Positions 30,358-41,688 of a DNA stretch of 50,379 nucleotides are shown here, one piece after another (the stretch's first letter is position 1; each line of letters starts with the position of its first letter). Position numbers and translations under genes: made by a program. The notes under the pieces are model-generated. The model searched no databases. It worked only from the letters and a program-made list of their open reading frames with translations, and was not told the DNA's origin. Origin of the DNA: a bacterium (GTDB lineage Bacteria; Cyanobacteriota; Vampirovibrionia; Gastranaerophilales; JBAXKC01); contig JBAXKC010000021.1 of the NCBI GenBank assembly GCA_037137535.1, positions 1 to 50,379 of the forward strand. The letters are read 5' to 3'.

Positions 30358-31146
30358 ATGATATTTCATAATCTTAAAAATAAATTTGACTATTACTTAA
30401 GACAAAAATTAAAATTTAAAAGAGGCTTTTTCCCTTTAGAAAACGAAGTAAAAAACGACTTATTTAAAGTTTGTCCAAAAGAAAATAAAGCTCAAGAGGA
30501 AGAACAAAGGATTTATGAGCGTTATAAGCTTGACAATTTGAAAAATAATTGCACAATACGAAATTATTTGGAAAATTTATATATAATAGAATTGCTAGAA
30601 TCTGTATTCAATTTAAAAGAAACAGATAAAAACATATCAATATTAGATATAGGCTCAAAAAATTGGTTTTATGCTCAAGGAGAATACCAATTTTTCAAAC
30701 ATAATTACATTAAAAAGGAAATCAAATTAACAGGGGTAGAAATAGATGCGTATAGAGTCTACTCGAGCTTGTTCTCCCGATTTGACAGCGCAATAAAAAA
30801 TATAGACGGACTAGAAAATGTAGAATATATAGCCGACAATTTATTAAATATAAACAAAAAATATGACTACATTACATGGTTTTTTCCTTTTGTTATAAAA
30901 GAACCTTTGCTTCACTGGGGATTACCAATGACATTATTTAAGCCTCAAGAACTTCTTCTACATGCATATAGTCTATTAAATAAAAATGGACAGATGCTAA
31001 TAATGAATCAAGGTGAAAAAGAATATCAAATACAAAAGAATTTATTATCAAAAAATAAAATAACATTTATAGAATATGGAGAATTTCAAAGCGACTTCAT
31101 TCAACATGAACATCAGAGATATTACTTGAAAGTAATTAAACGATGA
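30358..31146 (+). CDS. Putative class I SAM-dependent methyltransferase
   Basis: ILDIGS motif I, LTGVEID, YDYI. Confidence 0.6.
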   Translation: MIFHNLKNKFDYYLRQKLKFKRGFFPLENEVKNDLFKVCPKENKAQEEEQRIYERYKLDNLKNNCTIRNYLENLYIIELLESVFNLKETDKNISILDIGSKNWFYAQGEYQFFKHNYIKKEIKLTGVEIDAYRVYSSLFSRFDSAIKNIDGLENVEYIADNLLNINKKYDYITWFFPFVIKEPLLHWGLPMTLFKPQELLLHAYSLLNKNGQMLIMNQGEKEYQIQKNLLSKNKITFIEYGEFQSDFIQHEHQRYYLKVIKR

Positions 31147-31260
31147 AGGTAACAATAATTTTACACAAATAACCGTTTTATCTCTTTTCAACATAAAGAA
31201 CTTAGGGTATACTAGCATGGGACTAAAAATAGATCATCGGTAAATTAAGGAGGTTGCCCA

Positions 31261-31452
31261 ATGGCAAAAGTACTAGTATCAATGCCTGACGGATTTTTGA
31301 GCCAGATAGACGAAATTGCCTCAATGGAACAACGAACAAGAAGTGAATTAATTAGAGAAGCATTAAGAAGCTATTTAAAAAGAAATAGAGTATCAAATCC
31401 AAAATTAGAAGAAGAAAGAGCTAGAATAATCGAAAGCTTGCTTGAAGATTAG
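31261..31452 (+). CDS. CopG/ribbon-helix-helix DNA-binding protein
   Basis: KVLVSMP...IDEIA...TRSELIREALRSYL; strong AAGGAGG RBS. Confidence 0.85.
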   Translation: MAKVLVSMPDGFLSQIDEIASMEQRTRSELIREALRSYLKRNRVSNPKLEEERARIIESLLED

Positions 31453-31466
31453 GATTAAATTTAAAA

Positions 31467-32138
31467 ATGAATGATATTTTTGATCAAATAAAAGAACTGA
31501 CAAAACTAGATGTTGACTATAGTGATGAAGAGAATCATTATTACGGTCTTAAAAGTTATATTAAAAGAGTTGAGGAAGAAAGACTCTTGGTAGACCCACC
31601 TTGTCATAAAGGAAAGGTCTATACTTTTCATGATGGTCAAATGATTAATATAACTATAAGCACTAGCATGGGTGTCTTTTCTGGCGAATGCAAAGTTATA
31701 GGCAGAGAAATTTCTACTATATCAGGACTATGGATAACATATCCACTCTCAAACAAACATGTACAACGTAGAGAGTTTGTAAGAGTACCTATGAAAAAGG
31801 ATGGAGAACTGATTATATATACAACTCCATCTAAAAAAGAAGTTATTACAATTCCATTTAAAACAAAAGATATAAGTGGAAAAGGTTTTAGTTATATATC
31901 AAATGATCCGCTGAAAAATTATTATGACATTGAATGTAAACTAAAATTAGACCCTTTTAGTAATAGTTTTATTAAGTCAAGATGTGACCATGTTTATAGT
32001 AAAGCTACAATGATAAATGGTGAAGCAAAATATATAAATGCTTTTGCATTTACAGAGCTAACAAATAAAGATGTAGAAACAATTGTTAGAGAATGTTTTA
32101 AAGGACAACTTGAACTCCGCAAAAAAGGGATTCTTTAA
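31467..32138 (+). CDS. PilZ-domain c-di-GMP receptor, flagellar brake (YcgR)-like
   Basis: QRREFVR (RxxxR) and DISGKG (DxSxxG). Confidence 0.85.
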   Translation: MNDIFDQIKELTKLDVDYSDEENHYYGLKSYIKRVEEERLLVDPPCHKGKVYTFHDGQMINITISTSMGVFSGECKVIGREISTISGLWITYPLSNKHVQRREFVRVPMKKDGELIIYTTPSKKEVITIPFKTKDISGKGFSYISNDPLKNYYDIECKLKLDPFSNSFIKSRCDHVYSKATMINGEAKYINAFAFTELTNKDVETIVRECFKGQLELRKKGIL

Positions 32139-32174
32139 ACTTCAGTTTATCCTAAATCATTCTAATTAAATAAT

Positions 32175-32206
32175 AAATACCCCCTTCAAATGAAGGGGGT
32201 AAATTT
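32175..32206. terminator. Hairpin terminator between the convergent PilZ gene and rplR
   Basis: ACCCCCTTCA-AA-TGAAGGGGGT. Confidence 0.8.
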
Positions 32207-32225
32207 ATATATGCATTATTGTTTA

Positions 32226-32594
32226 TTAGAAAAGAAGTCCTGCTTCTCTAGCAGCATCAGCTAATGCTGAAACTCTACCCTGATAAACAAATCCACCTCT
32301 ATCGAAAACAACTGCTTCGATACCAGCAGATTTAGCTCTCTCAGCAACTAATTTTCCAATTTCTTTAGCAGCTTCAATATTTCCACCGCAGGTAAATTTT
32401 TCTTTTAGTGCAGCCTCAAGTGAGGAAGCTGAAGCAAGAGTTACACCTCTTACATCATCAATGAGCTGAGCATAAATATGCTTTGTACTTCTGAATACAG
32501 CAAGTCTTGGTCTTTCAGAAGTACCAGATATTTTCACTCTGATACGCTTATGCCTTTTGGCTAAAGCTTCTTTTCTACTCTTTTTATTTATCAT
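32226..32594 (-). CDS. rplR: 50S ribosomal protein L18
   Basis: [16 protein letters not shown]. Confidence 0.97.
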   Translation of the reverse strand: MINKKSRKEALAKRHKRIRVKISGTSERPRLAVFRSTKHIYAQLIDDVRGVTLASASSLEAALKEKFTCGGNIEAAKEIGKLVAERAKSAGIEAVVFDRGGFVYQGRVSALADAAREAGLLF

Positions 32595-32612
32595 AATATC
32601 ACCTAAAACCTA

Positions 32613-33152
32613 TTATTTTTTACCCGTTTTGCCGGCTTTTCTTCTAACAACTTCGCCAACATAACGAACACCTTTGCCTTTGTACACTTCAGGAGGTCTT
32701 TTTGAGCGTATTTCAGCTGCAACATCGCCAACTGCTTGTTTATTAGCGCCTTTAATAGAAAGCTTTGTGTTACCTTCGACAATTATTTCAATTCCCGCAG
32801 GTGGTACGATTCTTACAGGGTGACTATAACCAAGAGCTAATACAAGATCATTTCCATCTTTAGATGCTCTATAACCAACACCTTGGATTTCAAGGTTTTT
32901 AACAAAACCAACGCTAACTCCTTGTACAACGTTATTAACAAGGGTTCTGCTTAAACCATGAAGTGCTCTTGTTTGACGCTCTTCATTTGTTCTTTCTAAG
33001 ATTAATTTATTTTCTTCACGGATAATTCTGATTGAAGAATCAACTGTAACAGCTTCTGTACCTAAAGGTCCTTTAGCAGTTACAAGGTTACCATCAATAG
33101 TAACTTCAACCTTCTCAGGAATTACAACCGGTGCTTTACCAATTCTGGACAT
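32613..33152 (-). CDS. rplF: 50S ribosomal protein L6
   Basis: MSRIGKAP, PEVYKGKGVRY. Confidence 0.98.
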   Translation of the reverse strand: MSRIGKAPVVIPEKVEVTIDGNLVTAKGPLGTEAVTVDSSIRIIREENKLILERTNEERQTRALHGLSRTLVNNVVQGVSVGFVKNLEIQGVGYRASKDGNDLVLALGYSHPVRIVPPAGIEIIVEGNTKLSIKGANKQAVGDVAAEIRSKRPPEVYKGKGVRYVGEVVRRKAGKTGKK

Positions 33153-33173
33153 AGTGTCATATCTCCAATTATT

Positions 33174-33569
33174 TTACCATACGTAGCAAAGAACTTCGCC
33201 ACCGATATTTTGAGCTCTAGCTTTTCTATCGGTTGTTAATCCTTTACTTGTACTAATGATCGCTATTCCTAAACCACCAAATACTCTTGGAAGGTTTTTT
33301 GCTTTACTGTAGTTTCTTAAACCAGGTTTGCTTATACGCTTAAGGTTAGAAATTACAGGTTTTTCTTGTGATGTATATTTTAAAGTTATACTTAATTTTT
33401 TAAATTGACCGTTTAAAGATACTGAATATTCAGAAATATATCCTTCGGATTTTAGTAACTCAGCAAGTTTTTCTTTTAACTTTGAATGAGGCATTTCCAA
33501 AGAAGAATGTTTTGCAATATTAGCATTCCTTATACGAGTTAGCATATCTGCTATAGGATCTGTGTTCAT
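33174..33569 (-). CDS. rpsH: 30S ribosomal protein S8
   Basis: [22 protein letters not shown]. Confidence 0.98.
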   Translation of the reverse strand: MNTDPIADMLTRIRNANIAKHSSLEMPHSKLKEKLAELLKSEGYISEYSVSLNGQFKKLSITLKYTSQEKPVISNLKRISKPGLRNYSKAKNLPRVFGGLGIAIISTSKGLTTDRKARAQNIGGEVLCYVW

Positions 33570-33621
33570 TCTTATTTCCCCTTAGTTAGGAACATATTAA
33601 CCACATGTAAATCTATATAAT

Positions 33622-33828
33622 TTACCAACTGGATTTTGTAACTCCAGGAAGTAAACCTTTATGAGCCATTTCTCTTAAGTGAATTCTGCAAAGACCGAAA
33701 TCTCTGTGAAAACCTCTAGGACGTCCGCACATGCTGCAACGATTATGAAGTTTCACTCTAGGTAATTTACCTTTTGCAACTAATTCTTCTCTTTTAAGCT
33801 CTTTAACAATCATTGATTTCTTAGCCAA
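33622..33828 (-). CDS. rpsN: 30S ribosomal protein S14, short Zn-type (CxxC...CxxH), TTG start
   Basis: [11 protein letters not shown]...GLCRIHLRE...PGVTKSSW. Confidence 0.95.
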   Translation of the reverse strand: MAKKSMIVKELKREELVAKGKLPRVKLHNRCSMCGRPRGFHRDFGLCRIHLREMAHKGLLPGVTKSSW

Positions 33829-33845
33829 TGTATTATCTCCTTAAA

Positions 33846-34397
33846 TTATCTTTTTCTAAAAGGCATTCCCATCTCTTTTAGGAGAGCCATCGCTTCTTCA
33901 TCAGTTTTAGCTGTAGTAACGATTGTAAGGTTCATACCTAAAACAGTGTCTACCTGATCGTAACTAATTTCAGGAAATAGCATTTGTTCTTTAAGTCCGA
34001 GTGAATAATTTCCTCTACCATCAAAACTTCTATCGCTTATTCCTCTGAAATCTCTGATTCTAGGAAGAACAACATTAACAAGTTTTTGAAGGAAATTATA
34101 CATTCTTGGTCCACGAAGGGTAACTTTTGTACCAATTGGCATACCCTGTCTTAATTTATAAGAAGCTATTGATTTTTTTGCTCTGGTAACGACAGCTCTT
34201 TGACCAGCGATTAAAGTTAATTCTTCAACAGCTTTATCAAGGATTTTAACGTTAGCAACAGCTTCACCAACACCCATGTTGATAATTACTTTTTCAACTT
34301 TTGGGATTTCATGTATATTTTCGTAGCCAAACTGTTCTTGTAGAGCAGGTACTACTTCTTCTTTATATCTATCTTTCAGATTTTTGGTTACTGGCAT
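33846..34397 (-). CDS. rplE: 50S ribosomal protein L5
   Basis: [20 protein letters not shown]. Confidence 0.98.
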   Translation of the reverse strand: MPVTKNLKDRYKEEVVPALQEQFGYENIHEIPKVEKVIINMGVGEAVANVKILDKAVEELTLIAGQRAVVTRAKKSIASYKLRQGMPIGTKVTLRGPRMYNFLQKLVNVVLPRIRDFRGISDRSFDGRGNYSLGLKEQMLFPEISYDQVDTVLGMNLTIVTTAKTDEEAMALLKEMGMPFRKR

Positions 34398-34408
34398 CTC
34401 AATATTCC

Positions 34409-34759
34409 TTAATCTAATTGCTCACCACATTTTTTACAGACACGAACTTTTTTGTCTTCAAGCATTTGATGTCTGATCCTTGTCGGTTTTTCGCATTTTG
34501 GACAGTAAAGCATAACTTTTGAAGAATTCATAGCAGCTTCACGTTTAATGAGACCGCCTTGTACACCTGTTGCAGGGTTAGCTTTAACCGCTTTAGTAAC
34601 GATGTTAACACCTTCAACAATTACTTTACCTTTTGCAGGAAGCGCTTTTTTTACGCTACCGATTTTACCTTTATCCTTACCGGAAACAACGATTACTCTA
34701 TCGCCACTTTTCACGTGTAATTTGACTTTATCACTAGTTTGCTTTTGCTTAGCCATCAT
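34409..34759 (-). CDS. rplX: 50S ribosomal protein L24
   Basis: KOW motif [14 protein letters not shown]. Confidence 0.97.
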   Translation of the reverse strand: MMAKQKQTSDKVKLHVKSGDRVIVVSGKDKGKIGSVKKALPAKGKVIVEGVNIVTKAVKANPATGVQGGLIKREAAMNSSKVMLYCPKCEKPTRIRHQMLEDKKVRVCKKCGEQLD

Positions 34760-34766
34760 TGTTCTC

Positions 34767-35135
34767 CTAAATTACCTCTGGAGCTAAAGAGATGATTTTC
34801 ATATAATTCTTCTCTCTTAACTCACGGGCTACAGGTCCAAATACACGTGTACCTGTAGGATTGCCATCTTTATTGATTAAAACTGCAGCATTCTCATCAA
34901 ATCTGATTTTAGAACCATCTTCCCTTGATAGAGTATGTTTCTGGCGAACAACCACAGCCTTTACAACATCTGATTTTTTTACTGGCATATTAGGTGCAGC
35001 ATCTTTAACAACGCCAACTATAACATCACCCACGCCTGCATATTGTTTATTGTTGCTACCTAATACTCTAATACAAAGTATTGTTTTAGCGCCTGTATTA
35101 TCAGCTACTGTTAGTCTTGACTCTTGTTGTATCAT
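34767..35135 (-). CDS. rplN: 50S ribosomal protein L14
   Basis: [20 protein letters not shown]. Confidence 0.98.
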   Translation of the reverse strand: MIQQESRLTVADNTGAKTILCIRVLGSNNKQYAGVGDVIVGVVKDAAPNMPVKKSDVVKAVVVRQKHTLSREDGSKIRFDENAAVLINKDGNPTGTRVFGPVARELREKNYMKIISLAPEVI

Positions 35136-35147
35136 TGTTTTATTCTC

Positions 35148-35393
35148 CTATGTAGCTTTACTAATGATTTCAGCTACACTCCAACATTTTGTTTTACTTA
35201 TTGGGCGTGACTCGATGATTTTAACTTCATCCCCAATACCACATTCATTTTTTAAATCACTTACAACAAAGTTTTTTGTGGTGGTGATAATTTTATGGTA
35301 TTTGGGATGAGGTCTGTGCTCAGCCACTTCCACAACAATAGTTTGTTCCATTTTATCGCTAACTACACGACCTACTTTTACTTTTTTAGGCAC
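35148..35393 (-). CDS. rpsQ: 30S ribosomal protein S17 (GTG start)
   Basis: [20 protein letters not shown]. Confidence 0.97.
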   Translation of the reverse strand: MPKKVKVGRVVSDKMEQTIVVEVAEHRPHPKYHKIITTTKNFVVSDLKNECGIGDEVKIIESRPISKTKCWSVAEIISKAT

Positions 35394-35410
35394 TGGTTAT
35401 TACCTCTTAA

Positions 35411-35620
35411 TTATTTTGTCAACTGTTTTTCCCTAATCACTGTTTTTATTTGAGCGATTCTGTTTTTTACTGTTCTGATTTCAGAAATATTCTCTAGCTT
35501 GTGCATGGCTTTATCCATTCTAAGCTGGAATAATCTCTTTTTTAGATCTATAACGCTATCGTTTAATTCATCAATTGAACGTTCGCGCATTTCACTTATT
35601 TTCACGTTAGAGTACCCCAT
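35411..35620 (-). CDS. rpmC: 50S ribosomal protein L29
   Basis: LFQLR...IAQIKT; between rplP and rpsQ. Confidence 0.95.
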   Translation of the reverse strand: MGYSNVKISEMRERSIDELNDSVIDLKKRLFQLRMDKAMHKLENISEIRTVKNRIAQIKTVIREKQLTK

Positions 35621-36027
35621 TAAATTTTTTCAATAATTCTTACTTTCATAGGGAGTTTTTGAGCAGCAAGTTCGAGTGCACGAACTGCAACAGCTCTTTC
35701 AACACCTGTCATTTCAAAAAGAATTCTTCCCGGTTTAACAACAGCAACCCAGTACTCAGGGTTACCTTTACCTGAACCCATACGAGTTTCAGCAGGTTTA
35801 GCAGTAATTGGCTTGTCTGGAAAAACTCTAATCCAAATTTTACCGCCCCTTTTGATGCTTCTAGTCATAGCTCTTCTAGCAGCTTCTATTTGACGGCTAT
35901 TTATCCAAACTGGCTCTAATGATTGGATACCATAATCGCCAAAATGAAGTTCAGCACCTCTGGTTTCAGTTCCAGCCATATGGCCGCGCATTTGTTTTCT
36001 ATATTTTGTTCTCTTAGGCATTAACAT
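35620..36027 (-). CDS. rplP: 50S ribosomal protein L16
   Basis: [18 protein letters not shown]. Confidence 0.98.
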   Translation of the reverse strand: MLMPKRTKYRKQMRGHMAGTETRGAELHFGDYGIQSLEPVWINSRQIEAARRAMTRSIKRGGKIWIRVFPDKPITAKPAETRMGSGKGNPEYWVAVVKPGRILFEMTGVERAVAVRALELAAQKLPMKVRIIEKI

Positions 36028-36041
36028 ATTGGGTTTCGCTC

Positions 36042-36773
36042 CTAACTTTTAGAACCTTTATTAGTACTTCTTCTGCGTCCTTGTCTAGCAGCTTGATTAG
36101 CTTCAGAACCGGATGATTTTGTTTTTACGTTTGCATCAGCAACATCACCTGGCATAATTTCGCCTTTAAAGATCCAAACTTTAACACCGATAATACCAAA
36201 TACTGTATCAGCTTCAGCAAAACCAAAGTCAACATCAGCTCTAAGTGTTTGAAGAGGAATTCTTCCTTCTTTTGCCCACTCAGTTCTAGCGATTTCAGCT
36301 CCACCAAGTCTACCGGAAACAGCAACTTTAATTCCAAGTACGCCAGATCTCATGGTTCTTTGCATAGCTTGTTTCATTGCTCTTCTGAATACAACTCTCT
36401 TTTCAAGTTGTTGTGCAATTGCTTCTGAAACTAATTGAGCATCAGCATCAACTTTTGCAACTTCAAGAACATCGATTTGTACTCTTTTGCTAACTAAACT
36501 GGTTAATTCTTTTCTAAGTTCATCAATTCCTTGACCACTTCTTCCAACAACAACACCAGGTTTAGCAGTAATTATTATTACGTTGACAAGTTGCGCTTTT
36601 CTTTCGATTTCTACACGACTAATGCCAGCATAACCAAGTTTTTTCTTAATAAAACTTCTGATTTTTTTATCTTCAATAAGGTTTACAGGATATTCTTTTG
36701 TAGCAAACCATTTACTTAACCATGGCTTGTTTATTCCAATTCTAAAACCTATTGGATGAACTTTCTGTCCCAA
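36042..36773 (-). CDS. rpsC: 30S ribosomal protein S3 (TTG start)
   Basis: [19 protein letters not shown] before TTG 36773. Confidence 0.97.
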   Translation of the reverse strand: MGQKVHPIGFRIGINKPWLSKWFATKEYPVNLIEDKKIRSFIKKKLGYAGISRVEIERKAQLVNVIIITAKPGVVVGRSGQGIDELRKELTSLVSKRVQIDVLEVAKVDADAQLVSEAIAQQLEKRVVFRRAMKQAMQRTMRSGVLGIKVAVSGRLGGAEIARTEWAKEGRIPLQTLRADVDFGFAEADTVFGIIGVKVWIFKGEIMPGDVADANVKTKSSGSEANQAARQGRRRSTNKGSKS

Positions 36774-36783
36774 GGGTAGCCTC

Positions 36784-37131
36784 CTACTTTGCCTTATTAG
36801 CAATTACACTAACTTGAACGGTTAAATGTGAAGTGCGTCTTAATCTTTTGTAAACACGACCTTGCGCTCTAGGTTTTGCTCTTTTTGTCATATGACCGTC
36901 ATCAGCCATAATAGCACTAATAACTAAACCATTAGCTGAAACACCCCATTTTTGCTGTGCATTAGCAATCGCATCTCTGAGATTCTTCTCAACAACTCTT
37001 GCAGCTGCATATGGCATAAAACGAAGTATATTCATTGCGCTTTCAACTTGTTTACCACGCACTTCATTTATAATCCTGCGAAGTTTTCTTGCAGGCATAC
37101 CTATATTTCTTTGTTTTGCTCTAGCTTCCAT
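36784..37131 (-). CDS. rplV: 50S ribosomal protein L22
   Basis: PRAQGR, TSHLTV. Confidence 0.97.
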   Translation of the reverse strand: MEARAKQRNIGMPARKLRRIINEVRGKQVESAMNILRFMPYAAARVVEKNLRDAIANAQQKWGVSANGLVISAIMADDGHMTKRAKPRAQGRVYKRLRRTSHLTVQVSVIANKAK

Positions 37132-37149
37132 AACTAAGCTTTCCTCTTT

Positions 37150-37431
37150 TTATTTTCTCTTTGCAGTTTTATCAGAACCTGCATGACCACGGTAATAACG
37201 TGTAGGTGCAAATTCACCAAGTCTATGGCCAATCATTTGCTCTGATACATAAACCGGCACATGTGTTTTACCATTGTGAACAGCAATTGTGTGGTTTATC
37301 ATTTCAGGAATTATCATTGAAGCTCTGGACCAAGATTTAATAACCTTTTTATCGCCAGTTTCATTTAATTTCTGTATTTTTTTCATTAAAGACTCATGAA
37401 CGAATGGTCCTTTTTTTAATGAACGAGCCAT
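37150..37431 (-). CDS. rpsS: 30S ribosomal protein S19
   Basis: [21 protein letters not shown]. Confidence 0.98.
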   Translation of the reverse strand: MARSLKKGPFVHESLMKKIQKLNETGDKKVIKSWSRASMIIPEMINHTIAVHNGKTHVPVYVSEQMIGHRLGEFAPTRYYRGHAGSDKTAKRK

Positions 37432-37444
37432 TGGTTAAATCTCC

Positions 37445-38266
37445 TTACTTACGTTTTCTGACAATATATTTATCAGATGATTTGCTTTTTCTTGTTTTAT
37501 ATCCTAATGCTGGTTTACCCCAAGGTGTTTGAGGTTGACCGCCGATAGGAGATTTACCTTCACCACCACCGTGTGGGTGATCAACAGGGTTTTTTACAAC
37601 ACCACGAACAGTAGGTTTAATACCTAAATATCTTTTACGACCTGCTTTACCCCAGCTAATGTTTTTGTATTCAATATTACCCAATACACCAAGTGTAGCG
37701 TAGCAATTTTTATGAATCATTCTCATTTCTGAGCTTGGTAATTTTAAAGTTACATAATCGCCTTCTTTAGCCATTACCTGAGCAGATGCACCAGCAGATC
37801 TAACAATTTGACCACCTTTACCAGGAATTAATTCAATATTATGAACTAAAGAACCTAAAGGAATATTATCAAGTGCTAATGCATTTCCTGTTTTGATTTC
37901 AGAGCCAGGTCCAGATTGAATTTTGTCACCAACTTTTAAACCAACAGGAGTCAATATATATCTTTTTTCGCCATCAGCATATACAACCAAAGAAATTCTT
38001 ACGTTTCTGTTTGGATCATATTCAATGGTTTTAACAGTTCCAGGTACAGTTAATTTATTTCTTCTGAAATCGATTACTCTGTATGCTTTTTTGTGTCCGC
38101 CACCTTTATGCTGACAGGTTATTCTTCCATTATTGTTTCTTCCGGCAGTTCTTTTAAGAGAAACTAATAGTGATTTTTCTGGTTTATCTGTTGTGATTTC
38201 AGAAAAATCGCTTGTAGTCATACCTCTTTGGCCAGGAGATGTAGGATTTAATTTACGAATACCCAT
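37445..38266 (-). CDS. rplB: 50S ribosomal protein L2
   Basis: [19 protein letters not shown]. Confidence 0.98.
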   Translation of the reverse strand: MGIRKLNPTSPGQRGMTTSDFSEITTDKPEKSLLVSLKRTAGRNNNGRITCQHKGGGHKKAYRVIDFRRNKLTVPGTVKTIEYDPNRNVRISLVVYADGEKRYILTPVGLKVGDKIQSGPGSEIKTGNALALDNIPLGSLVHNIELIPGKGGQIVRSAGASAQVMAKEGDYVTLKLPSSEMRMIHKNCYATLGVLGNIEYKNISWGKAGRKRYLGIKPTVRGVVKNPVDHPHGGGEGKSPIGGQPQTPWGKPALGYKTRKSKSSDKYIVRKRK

Positions 38267-38268
38267 TT

Positions 38269-38577
38269 TTATGCTCCTATTAACTCTTCAATAGGCTCAC
38301 CTTCAACAGTAACGATGGCCTTTTTACTTGACTGAGTTCTACCAATTGTCTTGCCTACTCTTTTTTGATGACTAGGCATATATACTGTTCTAACTTTTTT
38401 AACTTTTCTACCAGGAAAAACAAGTTCAATAGCCTTTGAGATTTCAACTTTTGTAGCATCCATAGCAACTTCAAAAGTATATTGTCCTGCAGCCATTGCG
38501 ATACTTGATTTTTCTGTTATAAGAGGTCTTTTTAAAACGTCATACAGTCTTTCTGTATTTTTAGTATTTGTGCTCAT
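38269..38577 (-). CDS. rplW: 50S ribosomal protein L23
   Basis: PLITEKS, KKAIVT. Confidence 0.96.
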   Translation of the reverse strand: MSTNTKNTERLYDVLKRPLITEKSSIAMAAGQYTFEVAMDATKVEISKAIELVFPGRKVKKVRTVYMPSHQKRVGKTIGRTQSSKKAIVTVEGEPIEELIGA

Positions 38578-39212
38578 TATTTTGTTAACCTCTCTGTCAC
38601 ATCATTAATAGATGTTTCAGTGATTATGATTTTATCAGCTTCTAAAACATCTTTAACATTTAAATTAGATGATAATATTACTCTAATATTTGGTAAATTT
38701 CTTGCAGCTAATTCTAAGTGTTGATTTTCAGCACTTTTATAATCAGCAACAACTAATACTTTACCTTCCACGTTAAGAGCGCCAAGAAGTTTTACTAAAT
38801 CTTTTGTTTTTGGTTGTGTAAGCTCAGAGAAATCTTTAATAACGATTAGTTCTTCTGCTCTTGCAGATAAAGCTGATCTTAAAGCTAATCTTCTGGACTT
38901 AACATTCATAGAAATATCGTAATTTCTTGGTTTTGGTCCAAATATAACACCACCACCAGCAAAAAGTGGACTTCTTAAACTTCCAGCTCTTGCTCTACCA
39001 GTGCCTTTTTGTTTCCAAGGTTTTTTTCCGCCGCCTCTAACTTCAGATCTTGTTTTTGTACAAGCATTTCCGCTTCTTGCGTTGGAAAGTTGTCTTCTTA
39101 ATGCTAAGTGCATTACATGTATATTAGGTTCAATCCCGAATACTTTTTCATCGAGATCAATTTGCCCAACCTGTGATCCTTGACCATTATGTATTGTTAC
39201 TTGTTTTGACAT
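38577..39212 (-). CDS. rplD: 50S ribosomal protein L4
   Basis: KPWKQKGTGRARAGS. Confidence 0.98.
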   Translation of the reverse strand: MSKQVTIHNGQGSQVGQIDLDEKVFGIEPNIHVMHLALRRQLSNARSGNACTKTRSEVRGGGKKPWKQKGTGRARAGSLRSPLFAGGGVIFGPKPRNYDISMNVKSRRLALRSALSARAEELIVIKDFSELTQPKTKDLVKLLGALNVEGKVLVVADYKSAENQHLELAARNLPNIRVILSSNLNVKDVLEADKIIITETSINDVTERLTK

Positions 39213-39243
39213 TGCCTAATTCCTCAATTTAAACATGATGGAA

Positions 39244-39882
39244 TTACTTATTCCACTTAGTGATAGATGGTTTTACGGTAACTAATTTGCCTTCAGGTCC
39301 AGGAACTGAACCTTTAACTAATAGAAGACCTTTTTCAGCATCTACTTTAACAACTGATAATTTTCTGACGGTAACGGTTTCATTCCCCATATTTCCTGAC
39401 ATTTTTAAACCTTTAAAAACTCTGGAAGGGGTTGTTCCTGCACCGATAGAACCTGGTAATCTATGACTTTTAGAACCGTGTGACATAGGGCCTCTTGCGA
39501 ATCCATGTCTTTTAACGGTTCCTTGGAAACCTTTACCAATAGATGTACCAGTTACATCAACTTTTTGACCTTCTTCTAAAATAGAAAGGTCAAGTTTTTG
39601 ACCAACAGAAAAGGCACTTACATCTTCAATTCTGAATTCTTGTAAGTGTCTTAACGGTTCTATTCCATTTTTCTCAAGGTGTTTAATTTCAGCACGTGAT
39701 AAAGCTTTCGCTTTTACAGGCTGAGCACCTATCTGAACAGCATTATAGCCGTCAGTTTTTACAGTTTTAACTTGTGTTACAGTTAAAGAATCAACTTTTA
39801 TTACTGTTACGGGGATGACCAAACCTGTTGCATCAAAAATTTGTGTCATCCCTAGTTTTTCACCAATTACACCTAGAGTCAC
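39244..39882 (-). CDS. rplC: 50S ribosomal protein L3 (GTG start)
   Basis: KLGMTQIF, GKGFQG, GPMSHGS; GAGG RBS before GTG 39882. Confidence 0.97.
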   Translation of the reverse strand: MTLGVIGEKLGMTQIFDATGLVIPVTVIKVDSLTVTQVKTVKTDGYNAVQIGAQPVKAKALSRAEIKHLEKNGIEPLRHLQEFRIEDVSAFSVGQKLDLSILEEGQKVDVTGTSIGKGFQGTVKRHGFARGPMSHGSKSHRLPGSIGAGTTPSRVFKGLKMSGNMGNETVTVRKLSVVKVDAEKGLLLVKGSVPGPEGKLVTVKPSITKWNK

Positions 39883-39973
39883 GTTTTTTTCCTCTTTCTT
39901 GCGAGCGCTACGAATTATCTCGTAGATCACATTCATCAACTGATATTCGATTTTTCATAAAGTTATTTTAAAA

Positions 39974-40288
39974 TTAAAGTTTAACTTCAATATCTACGCC
40001 AGCTGGCAAATCTAATCTACTTAGTTCCTCGGTTGTTTGACGGGTAGGATCGAGAATATCAATAATTCTCTTATGTGTTCTCATCTCAAAATGTTCTCTG
40101 GACTTTTTATCCACGTGAGGTGATCTAAGAACACAATATATTCTGCGTCTAGTAGGAAGTGGAATAGGACCAGCAACCTTTGCATCTGTTCTTTTAGCTG
40201 TTTCAATAATTTTTTCTGCTGAAACATCGATTAAACGATGATCATATGCTTTCAAACAAACTCTTATTCTTTGTCGCTTAGTACTCAT
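39974..40288 (-). CDS. rpsJ: 30S ribosomal protein S10
   Basis: [21 protein letters not shown]. Confidence 0.98.
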   Translation of the reverse strand: MSTKRQRIRVCLKAYDHRLIDVSAEKIIETAKRTDAKVAGPIPLPTRRRIYCVLRSPHVDKKSREHFEMRTHKRIIDILDPTRQTTEELSRLDLPAGVDIEVKL

Positions 40289-40335
40289 AATTTCACTTCC
40301 GCCTAGACCTTTCTAACGTTATAACTAATTAAAAC

Positions 40336-41544
40336 TTACTGTATAATTTTATCAACTACACCAGCGCCTACAGTACGGCCGCCTTCTCTGATAGCGAATC
40401 TCATACCTTGCTCGATAGCAACAGGAGATAGAAGTTCTACTTCCATGTTAACGTTATCGCCAGGCATAATCATTTCGCCTTCAAATTTGATGGTGCCGGT
40501 TACGTCTGTTGTTCTAATATAGAACTGAGGTCTGTAACCAGGGAAGAATGGAGTATGTCTTCCACCTTCTTCTTTTTTAAGAACATAAACATTAGATGTA
40601 AACTTGGTATGTGGTTTAATTGAACCAGGTTTTGCTAATACTTGTCCTCTTTCGATATCTTCTTTTGAAACACCTCTTAGAAGAGCTCCAATGTTGTCGC
40701 CTGCAAGACCTTCATCAAGTTGTTTTCTGAACATCTCAACACCGGTAACAACACATTTTCTGGTATCTTGGAAGCCAACGATCTCAACTTCTTCACCAAC
40801 TTTAACTTGTCCTCTTTCTACTCTACCTGTAGCAACGGTTCCTCTACCTGTGATGGAGAAAACGTCCTCAACCGGCATTAAGAAAGGAAGATCAATAGCT
40901 CTTTCTGGTGTAGGAATGTAAGAATCTACTGCATCCATAAGTTCCCAGATTTTATCAACCCATTCATTAGAACCTCTTCCGCCTTTTGGATTAGCTTGAA
41001 TAGCTTCTAAAGCTTTTAAAGCGCTTCCTCTAACGAAAGGAATATCATCGCCATCAAATTCGTATGATGATAAAAGCTCTCTTGATTCCATTTCAACAAG
41101 CTCTAATAACTCATCGTCATCAACCATGTCGCATTTGTTTAAGAATACAACAATTTTTGGAACTCCAACTTGACGAGCAAGAAGGATGTGCTCTCTTGTC
41201 TGAGGCATAGGGCCATCAGCAGCTGAAATTACAAGAATTCCGCCATCCATTTGAGCCGCACCGGTAATCATGTTCTTAACATAATCAGCGTGTCCAGGGC
41301 AATCTACGTGAGCATAGTGTCTATTATCTGTTTCATACTCAACGTGTGCTGTTGAGATGGTAATACCTCTAGCTTTTTCTTCAGGAGCAGCATCAATTTG
41401 ATCATATGCTCTTGCTTGGGACTGACCTGTAGCAGCAAGACATGATGTGATAGCCGCTGTAAGAGTTGTTTTACCGTGATCAACGTGACCGATTGTTCCT
41501 ACGTTCACGTGTGGCTTGTTACGTTCAAACTTTGCACGAGCCAT
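40336..41544 (-). CDS. tuf: Elongation factor Tu
   Basis: [20 protein letters not shown]. Confidence 0.99.
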   Translation of the reverse strand: MARAKFERNKPHVNVGTIGHVDHGKTTLTAAITSCLAATGQSQARAYDQIDAAPEEKARGITISTAHVEYETDNRHYAHVDCPGHADYVKNMITGAAQMDGGILVISAADGPMPQTREHILLARQVGVPKIVVFLNKCDMVDDDELLELVEMESRELLSSYEFDGDDIPFVRGSALKALEAIQANPKGGRGSNEWVDKIWELMDAVDSYIPTPERAIDLPFLMPVEDVFSITGRGTVATGRVERGQVKVGEEVEIVGFQDTRKCVVTGVEMFRKQLDEGLAGDNIGALLRGVSKEDIERGQVLAKPGSIKPHTKFTSNVYVLKKEEGGRHTPFFPGYRPQFYIRTTDVTGTIKFEGEMIMPGDNVNMEVELLSPVAIEQGMRFAIREGGRTVGAGVVDKIIQ

Positions 41545-41600
41545 TTTACTTCTCCTTTTTGGTAAATGATATAAAACAAACTTTACATAGTTTCGTAATT

Positions 41601-41672
41601 AGCCCATGACGAGATTTGAACTCGTGGCCTTTCCCTTACCAAGGGAATGCGCTACCCCTGCGCCACATGGGC
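41601..41672 (-). tRNA. tRNA-Thr(GGU), CCA not encoded
   Basis: Cloverleaf GCCCATG...TTCCC TT GGT AA GGGAA...TTCAAAT...CATGGGCT. Confidence 0.95.
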
Positions 41673-41688
41673 ATCAACAAAAAAAGAA

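Noticed and set aside
31261-31452. Toxin-antitoxin module
   Set aside because: No toxin-like ORF on either side
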